Of a stretch of DNA of 64,000 nt, positions 13,608 through 29,297 are shown piece after piece (the first letter of the stretch is position 1; every line of letters begins with the position of its first letter). The position numbers and the translations under genes were made by a program. The notes below the pieces were generated by a model that worked only from the letters and a program-made list of their open reading frames with translations, had not been told where the DNA came from and ran no database searches. Source of the stretch: the human T2T-CHM13v2.0 reference genome, Homo sapiens; the NCBI RefSeq assembly GCF_009914755.1, contig NC_060926.1. One strand, 5' to 3'.

Positions 13608-16600
13608 CAATGGCCATTTTGCATACAGCAAATACAAATTTCAACAAACCAGATTAGAGAACCTATATCCCATCTTTTGAGTCTGGTGAATTTTTGCCCA
13701 AAATATTAAATGAGGCTGAGAATTATGATTTTTTTTTCTACTAGAGTATACTATAATTCTGTCTGGTTCCCACTGAAGTTTACATGCCTAGTTAATCCAA
13801 AGTAAGCATGACCCTAGTGAAAAACATTTTTAAAAAAGAATAGAAAGAAAAAATGCCCACAGCAAATTGGGCTATTTGGACAAATAACTACCTATTTGAC
13901 GAGATAAGATCCTAAACCTACAGATTCAAAGTAGTTACAAACAAAGCTCCCACACAAATATATTCTGTAGTTAATATACTCTACTGATGCCCACACGGGG
14001 TTCAATTTTCTATACAGTATTGCCATATAAGATGGGTGTTGAAAATTCACAGAGTTGGTTTTTCAAACATCCCCTGCTTTGTCAAGTTTAATTTATAGGA
14101 GTAAACCCCAAGCATGGACCAGAATTAAACAACATTTATTTGGCACTAAATTCAGCAATACATACAAAGGCAAACAGCATGCACATACATTTCCACAAGG
14201 GGTAGGAGCACCTGCTCTCCACCTACAATATAGACTACTTGAAAAGCAGGTCGAGGATACAGAATGTGATTTACAGCTGACTACATCAATTTAATGCATT
14301 TGTTTCCTTGGGAGGAAAGAGAGTTGAGTGCAGTTAAAATAATAGTTTTTCAGTGTTCTTCAAACTAAAACACTAAAGGTCCTTTTAGCAATGCCTATCT
14401 GACTTTCAAAAGTAATCAAGGCATCATCAACAAATATTATTGAAAAGCTACCATGAGCTCATTGTGGTGGGAAAATTATATTCTGTCCAAATAAGAAGCT
14501 TCTGGAAAAAAATTGTTTAATCTTTATATGATTCAAATTCTCAGAATTGTTTAGGTGGATTAAAAAACAGAAGAACCTGCTAGGTGGTTAATTTAAAAAC
14601 TAAACAAACACATACATCAGCAAACAGATTCGCTAATGACTTTGTCCTTATATAATTCCCTTAATTTTGGAAGTTCTCCGTTCCCTCTCTAGAAAGGAAG
14701 TAGTTGTCAGAGATTAATGTTTTCCAAAAACTTGCTTGGTAAAACATTAATGCATTCTTCGATATGCTAATAAATATTTTGTAAAAATAAGTACATGAAT
14801 ATAAGAGATGTATGGAGTTTTAGCTAAAGAAGAGAAACATTGAGAAAATGAAGCTGAATCTTTTTCATTACAATTAGACATCTAAAAACCTTAAGTATAC
14901 TAATATACATTTTAACTCTTTTAGAAATATTTAGTTTCTCATATTAGTCCCATGAACGATATGAGTACAATCATACTGATGAGTTTTTAAGAGTCCCTTC
15001 CAGCTTTTATAAAGCATAAACTTATAAAATCTCAGGCCAGTGGTTTGGCTTTATAGGAAATTGCTTATCCTGCTTTTTGAAAGTAATCTAAGTTTGTTCC
15101 ACGTCAAGGTGAATGCAAGGAAAATGGAATGACTAATTGATAAACTGGAAGAATTAATTCACTCTGAGAAAATGCAACATAATTCTGTAGTATGCTTTGT
15201 TTCCTCAATTAAATATAAATTAGATTTATTTTTAAATAACCTGTATCACTTTTGAGCATTCTACCTGTGATGTATCATTTCTCAGCTTAATTAAACTATA
15301 ATGTGTAAAGAATACGTACACTTTGGTGATTTAACACTTGGTATTGTAATTCTTTCGACAGCTACAAAAATAAGACTGATGAATGAGTCAACATAAACTA
15401 ATTTTGATGTTAAGCAAAATACAAACTACCATTAATCACCACATTATGCTAATCATGATAATGATACTTGATATTTTATATTGAACTTTGACTTATGTGT
15501 TAGGTGCTATGTTAAAAGTTTTAGACATATTACAATTTCAATCCTTTCACATACCCTAAGAGATAAACAGAATTTTTATAATGAAAAAAACAAGGTTTAT
15601 AAATGTTAAGATACTTTACCAAAGTCATATACCTAATGAGTTATGTTATAGGGACTTGATATCTGCTGAGCCATTTCTTAATTAAGAATGTTGTACTTCA
15701 AACACACATAATAATCTGACACATTTTAATAACACACATTCTGACTATGATGCTTTGTGGCAATGAGGCATAAGTGGAAAAAGTTTTCCTCTGAATAGAT
15801 ATAAATTGGAATAATGTTTTTAAAGTCAAATTTCACGAATTTTTAAACCTTCTGAAAGCATTATCTTCTATAACTGGTGCATTCACAAATTCTCTTACAT
15901 TCACATGAATGGAGTAAGATGTGAATAAAACTTGTCAACACTTTTCTTCTCTATCTCCTTGTGGCCTACAGCCACTTTGGGCTTTGGGTTTTAGGTGTTC
16001 TGGGTTTCAGAAGCTGAAAGCAATAAAGTCTTATTGCAGAAGAAATAAGAAGTTTCTCCTATAGATATCTACTATAACAAGGCAGGTCCTAGGAATGATG
16101 GCGACAGTGAGGATTGACTAATCTGTTCCCGTCAGTTCTCAGACCCTGTCATTGAGCAGCTACAGTCAATCCACTGAGGCTTGGCCCCAAGGAAGAATGG
16201 CATTACCAAAAAAAAAAATTGAAGAAACAGCCTGAAAATGCTATTCTTATGACTCATTCAATACAGCTTGTGTACTAGAGCATTGGTACATGTGTAGTAA
16301 TTTCAAGATTAGCAGCACAGTAAGGATTTTTATTTAACTCTCTGATGATGCCTAAACTCATTTTCATTGGAAATACTAAACTGTTATATTTCACAATTAG
16401 AGATAAGGTACAGAAATCAAAATATCTAAGTATAAAGAAAACATATCAACCCTAAATTTTTATCCTGGAAAAATAAACATGTCAGAAATCTCCAAGTGTA
16501 AATGATGCAACAGATCCCTTAAATAGTAGGATACTGTGAACCTAGAGACGTAGCTTTAAACCTAAGCACCTTCATGTTTTACCCATAGTCCGTCTTTCTT

Positions 16601-16827
16601 ATTTAAAAATATAGAATTTGTGTATTATTGTCATTCTTCAGGGTGGAGCATTATTGAAAGTTTTCAGTAACACTGACATCACTAATTCATTATTACTTTC
16701 ATAAAACCTCAATATAAAAAGACTTTACATATTTGAGAATTTGTTTCTAACCCCTCTGGCTCATATTCTGACTCAAAGCTTTAAAATTTGCCAAAAGGAT
16801 TTCAGGTATCAGGGAAGATTGTATGAC

Positions 16828-17021
16828 GTGTTTCTAAAAATATACGTGTATAACAATGACCTGAGAAGCTTGTTAAAACGTTGGTTCCCAGGTCCCAGCC
16901 TAGTTGTGGATCAGTGATTTGTTAGATCTTGAGAGATACCTGGTGGCATTCATTTTAAACAAGTACTCCAGGTGAGTCAGTCTAGGGTGTAGGAGCCACA
17001 GATAACACTTAAAGAAATGCT
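16828..17021. mobile_element. MER5A-like hAT-Charlie MITE
   Basis: 'gtgtttctaaaa...acctgagaagcttgttaaaa...cattttaaacaagtactccaggtga...cacttaaagaaatgct', the quasi-palindromic MER5 layout. Confidence 0.6.
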
Positions 17022-17566
17022 ATTCTAGGGGTGCAGAAAGAGGATGCAGAGAACCACTTTGGCTTCGGTACTATTATGTGAAAAGTATTGTTGATCTAGA
17101 ACCCAAATTAGATTAAGAAAATATGTAAAGTGAATGGCATTACAGCTGCATTGTATAAGGGTTCTCCTGAGTCACTTGACGCCTGTTATTTACCTGGTAT
17201 AATACTATTATTGTCTCGAAGCTCTCTACAGATGGAAGTTAGCTTGTATTCAATTAAAACAACCTTTTCTGCTCCCTCTAAAAACAGTGCAGAATGTTAC
17301 AGCAAAACAATCTATTGCATAAAAGCCAACAATATTTCTGTGAGGGGAAAACTATTAGAATTTTTAATGAGCTGCAAGAAACGTATGTAAAGGAGTCTAG
17401 CAGATACAATACATTTAATTTTTTTAAAGGACTTTTAAACATTCGATACTCAAAGCTATGAAAATAAAGACATTTTTCTAGTATTGGAGGGAACTCATAT
17501 ACTATATAGAACATTGGATTAAAAAAAGAAAGCAAAACACAATGGTAAATTAAAAGTATAAAAAGG

Positions 17567-17897
<331 letters not shown>

Positions 17898-18198
17898 TAA
17901 AAGTATACAAAGGGAAAACAAATATGAAATATACTGGTCTTTATATTACCTGGCAAAGAGAATATACAGTAAATGTCAAGTTTAAGAAAGAAACACAAAT
18001 TTTATATCTCATCAAATTATGTCTCTCCTTTGTAACATAGATTACATACATTGGCTAGTGTTTACAAATGTCTCCAGAACAAAATTTTGCCTATAAAATA
18101 AAGTAAGTAGAAATGTATATTTATAAAATCTTGACTAAGTCTTTTTATGCTGATCACTGTTCTTCAAAATAAATCCCCACATATGGTAAATGTGTCTT

Positions 18199-20239
<2,041 letters not shown>

Positions 20240-21794
20240 TTAAATATTCTATTCAAATGCTGAATATATAGTTAGAATCAAACTGATCATTAGTCATGTA
20301 GGAAACAAGAATGTTGGGTGGAGTCTGTTGAAATACCACATAGGAATAGACTGTCATCCAAACACTTTCTATTCTACAAAATAAATAATATGCTAATTAA
20401 AATGAAGTTAAGAAATACAATACTTGGATCAGGTACTGAATTCCTTTATTTTGTAGTCTACGATGAGCTCATTGGTTCTATTATCAAGTCTACCAAAATC
20501 TTAAATTATTAAGTGAGTCATGTACCTTGAGGAATTACTTGCTCATGAATTACCGAAACTTGATTGCATTAGTAACAAATTCATTTAACTGTTGTATTTC
20601 AGGCCCAACCTTAACAAAATCTATGGTGCAGAGATAGACCTGCTGCAGTTACAGATTTATTGATAGAGATTTAAGAGGTCTCTGCTGTATTTAAATTACT
20701 TTATATACATTTAACGCATTTGCGCTAATTAAAAAATAAGGCTTCACTTTCTTGCGTCTCCCTGTGTATATGCTGGGGCCATTTAGCTCAAAAGAGAAAG
20801 ATCAAGTGACAGATCAAATGAAAATGTTAAAAAATAAATTATATACTTTAAGTTGCTGTCTCTGAATTTAGAGTTGCTATCAGATTAAAGCTGAAATTTT
20901 ACTGAATTAATCCTGATGTTCTGTGTATTCATCTCCCAAGTCAATTATACCTTACATGTAGATAATGGTTAAAGCAGACTAGGAGACATATGGGTTTCAA
21001 TTAGCTCTGACCAAAGGGAAAATACCCATTGTCAGGTTACTCAACTGATTTGTAGAGTCAGCTGAGACTGTGAAATGTTAGTCCACTGCTTTATCTCAAA
21101 TTAATTTACTTCTCAGTTTAAACCTAAGATTTTTCCAGAATAAGAGACAATAAGACAAACTCTTCATTCATCTTTGAAAACAACAAAGATGGGCTTGGAT
21201 TTTGACCTAATCATTCTGCATAACTAAGGATTACCTAAGGAGTGAGTAGCTTTCACTTGCATTTTTGTATTTTTTTTTTTCTGCCAATTTTGTTCTCATC
21301 TCATCAAGAGACAGAGAACAGATTTTCTAAGTGCCAGTGAAAGTACATTTTTGTTGCCACAGAGAGCTAGGGAACCTTAATCACCTTATGTTTCCTCTTA
21401 AAACTTCAATTGTTTTAGAGTATTTAGCCATAAATATAGTTATTCAGCTTAAAGATAATCTTCAGCTAATGAGATCAAAGATCTAACTAATTGTCTTTAC
21501 TCTGCTGCACAGCCATTGATTTCACTTCTAAGTTCACTCATTCTTTCATGGATGCTTGCTGATGTGCCTGGCACACTGTGATGGACACTAGGGACATTCT
21601 ATACATAAACATTATTATAAACACATTATATATAAGACATTATATATAAGCATCCATCGGGGAGCACTAAGACATGCTTATTTCATTATTTTGCAGATGT
21701 GATCATTGGTTCTAACAGTAGCTTAGAATACAAGGAAGCTTGTTCAAGTCAAGGTTTTTATATATTAAATATAGTAATAAAAAATAGTCAAAGA

Positions 21795-22072
21795 AACAAA
21801 AACCTTAAAACCTATAGATGCCAGGAAGGTAACAGAAGGGAGTAAAAGTGTCAGTAGGGATATTGTAGACTTGAAGGTTCACCTGCCTTGCATCATTCCT
21901 GCCTACTGTTGCCAAATGTGATTTTTAAGAAAGACTGGCAAGTCCGAGTTCTTACATGACTCTCATGATGTTTCATTTAATAATTGCTCAATTAAAAAAA
22001 TAAATGAACATAAAACATTGTGGTGACCAAATATTGTTTGGCTTCCAGATTTGAACCAGTAGCTACCGTTTA
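21795..22072. mobile_element. MER102-like hAT remnant
   Basis: 'cctatagatgccaggaaggtaac' and 'atttttaagaaagactggcaagtccgagttcttacatga' resemble recalled MER102; highly diverged. Confidence 0.4.
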
Positions 22073-22189
22073 TTAAATACTATCATAAGCCCCAAATCAG
22101 CAAAACTGTTGAGACTGTAGGTTGCTTCATTTTCCAAACAGTAAGTTTGTTGAGTTCTTTAAGCAGAGTACGTGCTTTCCACCTATATA

Positions 22190-23331
22190 GACAAACATAT
22201 TTATGGTTATATGTATTTTTATAAATAGATAATTTTGTGCTTAATGTTTTTATTATAAAAATCACTTTTTACACTAATGTTATGAAAATTTATGTAAGTG
22301 TATGAAGTCCTAGGTTTGTTACACTACTGCATTATATTTCTTGGCATGGACATATTATACACTGCTTTATCAATTATCTTTTGATGAATATTTAGATTAT
22401 TTCTAAATCTCATTACTAAAAGCAATGTTGCAGCACATATTCCTATATGTGCTTTTCTGTATACTTATGTGTGTGTTTCTAGAATATACCTACACATGAA
22501 GTTGCTGATTAAACAGCTCAGTGTTTTGATAAACAATGATACCTTTCCTCCCTAAACTGTATACCAGTTTTCAGTACTACTAAACGTATATGAGACTGCC
22601 TATTCCCCCACATTCTAGCCCCTACTGGATTTTAAATTTTCTTATTTTCTTGCCTATCTAATAAGAAAAAAAGTTACATGATTTGCTTATTTTATTACTA
22701 CTATGGAATTTGAGCATTACATATATTTACTAATGCTTTGATTATTTTTATGTGTATTATAAACCAATATTTTTCATTTTCTATTAGTTTCTTTTTATTT
22801 TCTTATTGAGACATATGATAATCATAAATGTTGGTTATTAATACTTTTTTGGCTATATGTACTTCAAATACTTTGTCCCGGTATGTTATTTTCTCCTTTA
22901 TTTAAAAAAATGTTGTCAAATCTGCCAAGAATTTTTATGATAGCATGAGAATTTTTGTTCTTCTCCAGAATACCTTAACACAAGATTCTTGTATTTAGTT
23001 TTAATTTTGAAGTTTCTTTATTATGATTCCAATTGAGATTTACTTTTATATATTGCATGAGATAAAAATTATTTTACCTGTAAATGGATTGCCAATAATT
23101 CCAACATTATTTATTGAATACAACCCTTTATCATTTGAAATTGCCTTCTGTATCACATGATATGTTCTTATATATTCTCTCAACTGCCTTCCAATCATTT
23201 GTGTTCCATTTACCTATTTGTCTATCCTCATGGAAACAACAAACTGTTTAAATCACAATAGGTTCAGTTTATTTTGATAAACTTGCAGAGTCAGAATTCC
23301 CTTTCCCCCTAGAGTGTCATGGTTTCATTGA

Positions 23332-23390
<59 letters not shown>

Positions 23391-23430
23391 GCTTTACCAT
23401 CCTCACTTCTATTTTTACCAAAGCCAAACT
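22190..23430 (-). mobile_element. Ancient L1ME-like remnant
   Basis: T-rich antisense L1 3' motifs ('ttttgatgaatatttagattatttcta', 'gactgcctattccccacattctagcc', 'ccaacattatttattgaata'). Confidence 0.65.
23333..23390. repeat. (TA)n(CA)n microsatellite
   Basis: Directly visible: about 25 TA followed by about 4 CA. Confidence 0.97.
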
Positions 23431-23433
23431 TGT

Positions 23434-24269
23434 CATGAACAGGCACTTCTCAAAAGAAGACATTTATGCAACCAACAAACATGAAAAAATGCTAATCATC
23501 ACTGGTCATTAGAGAAATGCAAATCAAAACCGCAACGAGATACCATCTCATGCCAGTTAGAATGGCGATCATCATTAAAAAGTCAGGAAACAACAGATGC
23601 TGGAGAGGATGTGGAGAAATAGGAACACTTTTACACTGTTGGTGGGCGTATAAATTAGTTCAACAATTGTGGAATACAGTGTGGTGGTTCCTCAAGGATC
23701 TAGAACTAGAAATACCATTTGACCCAGCCATCTCATTACTGGGTATATATCCAAAGGATTGCAAATCATTCTACTATAAAGACACATGCACATATATGTT
23801 TATTGCAGCACTATTCACAATAGCAAAGACTTGGAACCAACCCAAATGCCCAACAATGATAGACTGGATAAAGAAAATGTGGCACGCATACATCATGGAA
23901 TACTATGCAGCTGTAAAAAAGTATGAGTTCACGTCTTTTGCCGGGACATGGATGAAGCTGGAAGCCATTATTCTCAGCAAACTAGCACAAGAACAGAAAA
24001 CCAAACACCGCATGTTCTCACTCATAAGTGGGAGTTGAAGAAGGAGAGCACATGGACACAGGGAGGGCAACATCCCACACCAGGGCCTGTTGTGGGGTGG
24101 GGGGCTAGGAGAGGGATAGCATTAGGAGAAACACCTAATGTAGGCGATGGGTTGATGGGTACAGCAAACCACTATGGCACGTGTATGCCTATGTAACAAA
24201 ACTGCACGTTCTGCACATGTACCCCAGAACTTAAACTATAATAATAAAATAATAATAAAAATAATAATA
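23434..24269 (+). mobile_element. 5'-truncated L1PA (L1PA7/8-like) 3' end
   Basis: ORF2 C-terminus (ORF 23517-24038, ends LISGS). 3'UTR 'gggttgatgggtacagcaaaccactatggcacgtgtatgcctatgtaacaaaactgcacgttctgcac' and (AAT)n tail. Confidence 0.92.
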
Positions 24270-24445
24270 TTTTCCTTATCTTACATGATAGGGCTTATTT
24301 GGGATGCTCTTAGATTGACAGTGCCTCTGTTTCTGCTGCTACCAGTATTGACTAGATATTAGATGCTTACTCTGTATTAGTTAACTTTCTATGTACTTTA
24401 AATATGTATCTTAAATTAGGGTTTAAAGTACCTTCAAAAAACCTT

Positions 24446-24917
24446 TGACAGTATTGCAGCAGACTTGAGTCACTCTGATTGTAGCCCCTCTGATTCTGTT
24501 ATTGTTTTCTTGCATATTTGCTTCGTCATGCTTTAGACCAACAACCAACATCTATGTCACCTTGTAAGAGGTCCACCCTCATGTTGCCAGACTCCTTTGC
24601 CCATGGACGTGGAGAGGCAAGTTCTTGGGACATTCCCCCAAGAGAGTCTTAACCCATGGCTGATAGTGCAGATTATATATTCTCCATTTCTCTTGTTCCC
24701 TGGTTGAGTCAACTCTGATATGTGCCTTACATTGTCATCGCAGTCTTGTATAGGATTAAATCCAACTCTACTCTGTACGCTATGTGACAATTCATTCTTG
24801 TCCGATGTCCTTCCCTTTCTTTCCCACCTCTATCCTCCCTTGCCAGATTTTTCTATGAACAATTCCTAAGATATCACACAAAAACTCATCTCAAGACAGG
24901 TTCCTAAGGAACCCACC
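24446..24917 (+). mobile_element. Old ERVL-type LTR (LTR16-like), 3' end split by MST
   Basis: Ends 'catctcaagacaggttcctaaggaacccacc' and resumes as 'ctaaagca' after the MST. Diverged; 5' boundary uncertain. Confidence 0.4.
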
Positions 24918-25365
24918 TGTCCTATTCTGTTTTGTCTTGCTATAATAGAATATCTGAGGCTGGGTAATTTATAAGAGAAGAAGTTTATTTAGCCCATGGT
25001 TCTGTAGCCTTAGAAGTTCAAGGACATGGCCCTGGCTTCTGGGGAGGGCTCCTGTGCTGCTTCATAACATGAAAGAGAAGGTTAAAGGGAAACTGGACAT
25101 GTGCCAAAAAAAGAAGTCCTAAGGAGCATCCTGGCTTTATAATAACCCACACTCCAGGGAACTAATCCATTCCTGCAAGAACAAATCCAGTATACCAGAG
25201 TGAGAACTCACTGTCTGAAGAACAGCATCAAGCCTTTGATCAGGGATCTGCCCCCACGATTCAAACACTTCCCACTCAACCCCACCTCCCAACAATAACA
25301 CCCAGGGGTCTAAATTTTAACATGAGTTCTGGTGGGTACAACCAAACCATATACAAACCACAGGA
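24918..25365 (-). mobile_element. MST-family MaLR solo LTR
   Basis: 'tgtcctattctgttttgtcttgctataatagaatatctgaggctgggtaatttataag' ... 'aacatgagttctggtggg...caaaccacagga'. Confidence 0.85.
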
Positions 25366-25739
25366 CCATGCTAAAGCAGTTATAATATTAATAAGTTCAT
25401 TTTACAAATAAACAACTGAAATTCAGAGATTTTAAAATTTTTTTCATTTTTTGCATTTCTTTATAAATGGGAAGAGAATCAGAGATTTTGCAGATTTATT
25501 CAATGTCACACAGAAAGTAAGTGGCAAAATCTGATTAAATATTTTTATGAAATTACTTATAAATACAAGATACTTGGGTTCAATTAACTTTCATTGCAAA
25601 AAGCATTCATGAGTTCAACTTCTGTTGCTATTCAGGGCAATCCATGGCTCCTACCAGTCCACTTGGTAGTGTTTGTTGTTATGGCTTCTTGGGGGGTATA
25701 CGTTCTAGTCATCAAGGACTAGAAAATAAGGAGGAGTAG

Positions 25740-26323
25740 TGTGCTAGATTTTAACTGGTTAAGCTGAGAACCTTGTTTCCCTGAGTCACTTTTCTTTTGT
25801 GCTTCCGGGTTCCAATTGACCAAAAGAGGAACTTGCATAAAATTTAAAGGCAAAGTGAAGCAGCAGTCTTAATTCCTGGAAGTATTTTGGGGTTAGAGAC
25901 AATGACAGACAAATGCAGAATTTCCCAGTGAACTCTAGCTTTTCTTGTCCTTCCCATTTTGCCTCCACCTCCTGCTGGCCAGCAGTGGCCCAGACTCATC
26001 CTCAGCTTGTCTGTAGCCTTGCAGAGGTGGCAGGCACACAGAGGTAACAGTCTCAAAGACCTCTGCATGAGCTCAACTTTTGTGATCCCACTTTAGCAGC
26101 TAGTCTTGGCTTCTTGGATTTTGCTGCAAGTTCAGATTTGGTCACTTGTACTGCTTTTCCAGGGGGATAAGCTAGTGACTTTGTCTTTAATTCTCAAATT
26201 CTGCCACCCAGATTTTTATTTCCTCAGTTTTTCTCATTATGTACATGATCTTATTCCTTTCACATTTTCCTTATTCCCTTAATATTCAGTAGCCATGCTT
26301 CCTGACTGAACCCTGACAGATGC
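25740..26323 (+). mobile_element. Old ERVL-type solo LTR (LTR41/MER77-like; subfamily uncertain)
   Basis: Starts 'tgtgctagattttaactggttaagctgagaac' and ends 'cttcctgactgaaccctgacagatgca', a typical ERVL LTR terminus. Confidence 0.6.
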
Positions 26324-28174
26324 AAAAATGTTAAAAATAAACTCATGTCTAGTTGGGACATTCTCCCAAACACTTGAAATAACATCAAAAATAGAAAACC
26401 TTTAAAAAAGTAACTGTCAAATATAGTTTATGTTTAGGACAAACTCATTTTTTTCTTTATTTATAAGCATTTTTAGAAGCATATCTTCTGAATATGCAAT
26501 ACATATTTTCCTAACAAGAATTGCTATGGTTTTTGTTTTTTCTTCCTCTTTCTCTCTCTCCATTTTTTTTTCAATTTTAAAAATACCTAAGGAAATAATT
26601 TTGAAGTAAGATTATGCTGAATGTCTTTTTTTCTAGATTCCCTAGGAAAATTCTGTTGCTTTAATGTTATTTTAGAACTAACAAGACCAGAAAAATAACA
26701 GTTCATGAAACCAAGTCATGTCAGGTTAAAAGGATAAAGCTTAACATTCAAGCAATAAAAATAAAAAAGAGAAAAAAGATTCAGAGTTTTGAATTTATTA
26801 ACAAGTAATTTTGCTTTCACTCATAAAGATATTTCACAATTTATGTTGTTATTATGTGGTTAATTTTGACTTCTAATTTTAGAGTAAAAACTGCAACTTC
26901 AGATTCCTAATTGAGAAAATACAAATGTGAAGGATTTCAATGTGATGTAAATAATTAATAATTGAAATATTTCCATAAAGAGAAAAACCATTAAAATAGA
27001 CTTGAAATTCAAAAATATTCTACTCTCTTTACATTACCAATTGACCTAAATGGAGTAATCTAATTTCATCCCAGTGAAGAATAAATTATCATAAAATTTA
27101 GGATACCATGACCCTGGAGAAAAATCACACAGACAAGCAGCATTTTGGTCTCTGTCCTGTGTAAATAATTCTGCAAATGTAAAAGCCCAAAGAATTTCAT
27201 TAGAGTCAATTAATGTCAGTAGACAAATAAAAACTGATGAAAAATAGAGTAAACTGTAGAAGCCTAATGCAGCAGGGACTCTTAAGATGGATATTTATTA
27301 TAGCATGGAATGGAGGAAGTCACCTAGGTTGAGGATGGTATCTAAGGAACTGCTTTCTATCCTCACTTCTCAAGTTCCGGGGTAATTCAAAGTAATGATA
27401 ATTTTCTCTTACTCTTCCTATCCATGAAATCTCAAATCCAGCCAAAGGAATAGAATAGTGCAATATAACTTCAGTGTTTGCAAGGAACTTCCCTAAAGAA
27501 AATAATACAATCAAAACTTTTGGTAGAAAAAGTCAAAGGTCATGGTGGGAGAAGTTGAGTGTGATAGGTCTTAGTGAGAGAATGTCAGAGGTGACAGGTC
27601 AGGGTGGGAAGGTAGAGGTTAAAGGTCATGTAGGGGAAGTCAGAGTTGGCAGATTAAGGAGAGAAGTCAGGTAATGGTAGAGAAGTAGAGATTGATGTGT
27701 CATGGAGAGGTTGCTCTGATGGGGCTGACAGACCGTGCTCCCATTTGAAGAATATTCTAAGGGATCACTCTTTCTTTTGTGGGACATAGCGCAACTCTTC
27801 TTTCCCTTTTCCAATAATGAGAAATAATCAAGTTAACAGAGATGGTAAAGATTTAATAATAATTTCCTTTAAATTTGAGAGTAAAGCACAAAGTCTGGAT
27901 GAGTATGAGGCAAAAGAAAAGCCTAGAATGCAAGATTTACAGAGCCATTCACTCTAAGGGACATGAAAGTGCTGATCCTGTCTCCTCAAATTTTGTGTCC
28001 TGAGCCTCTCCTGCTTTACCATCACTCCAGTTCCTAGGGAGGAATAAACAGCATATGGAAATCTGTTTATGAGCCAGAGTAAAAGAAAGGAATGTTAAGC
28101 TAGGGGAGAAAAATATGCATGTAAACAATCAAACAAAGATTACATTTGAAGAGAGAGGCTTTAAGACAGACCTC

Positions 28175-28232
28175 AAAAAAAAAAAAACAAAAAAAAACAA
28201 AAAAGAAAACAAAAAAAAAAAAAACAAGAAAA
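28175..28232 (+). repeat. Orphan A-rich tract
   Basis: 58 nt, about 90% A, with no recognisable SINE/LINE body upstream. Confidence 0.85.
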
Positions 28233-28795
28233 CACTTCAGTTGGATAGTACTGAATTATCTAAGTTTGGACTCATCAATCAAAATGTTGCAGGTACCATA
28301 TTGCCACGTCTCTGTGGTGGATTGAAGCTAGAATTCAGGGCACAATAATAGAGAAGATGCTAATCAAAGCAGATGGCTAACTTCAGAAAATTTGAGCAAA
28401 TGATATAACAATAGGTGGCCATCAGATACGTGGAAACAAAGTGACTGGGAGTCCAGGAAGAGTCACATATGGAGGCCACATGAGAGTCTCAAGCACAGTT
28501 CAGAATAAAACATAGCTCAGCTCTGGCTCTAGAAATGAAAATTTTAGAACAAGGCAGGTGCTGGACTTAAAGATATGAGGTACAAACCTGAAAAAGGAAG
28601 TCTAAACTAGGAAAATCAGTGCAAGAAATGGCTACCAGTGAGGTCTTGGTCTTGTTGGAGTTGCTTAAGTGTTAGAACTAGGGAATCTAAATTATCCCCA
28701 AATAATAAACAAACTAGAGTAAGAGATAGGGCAGGGCTGAGATTTTAGTCAGGCTATCCTAGCTGACTGAAAAGAGGGTCTTAAGAATAGTGAAC

Positions 28796-29297
28796 TATGG
28801 TAGGCAGCACAGTGGCTTCCCAAAAATGATCCTGTACTAATTCCTGGAACATGCAAATAGATTTGGTTACATGAAAACAGGGCTACAATTATCATAGCCG
28901 ATGTAATTAAGGTTTCTAGTCAGCAGAACTTATATTGCAGAGATTATCCTGGGTTAATCAGAATGAGTCTAAAGTAATCACAAGTGTCCTAAAATGTGGA
29001 AGAGAGAGGCAGAAAAGGCAATATCAGCAGGAGGTGATTTGAGAAAAACTCAGCTGGCCATTGCTGGCTTTGAAGATGGAAAGAAGGACAAACTCCTAGA
29101 ATGTGAATAGCCTCTTGAAGCCGAAAAGGGCAAGAAAATTGAACTAAATGCAGCACAAATGACACCTGAATTTTATTTAGCCCAGTGAGATCCATTTCAG
29201 ACTTCTGAATCCCAAAACTGTAAGGTAAGAACTTCCTGTTGTTTTAAGCCACTAAGTTTGTACTAATTTGGTACAGCAGCAATAGAAAACTAACAAA
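28796..29297 (+). mobile_element. MLT1D-like MaLR solo LTR
   Basis: 'tatggtaggcagcacagtggcttcccaaaaatg' ... 'tggccattgctggctttgaagatgga' ... 'ttttaagccactaagtttgt...cagcagcaatagaaaactaa'. Confidence 0.82.
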
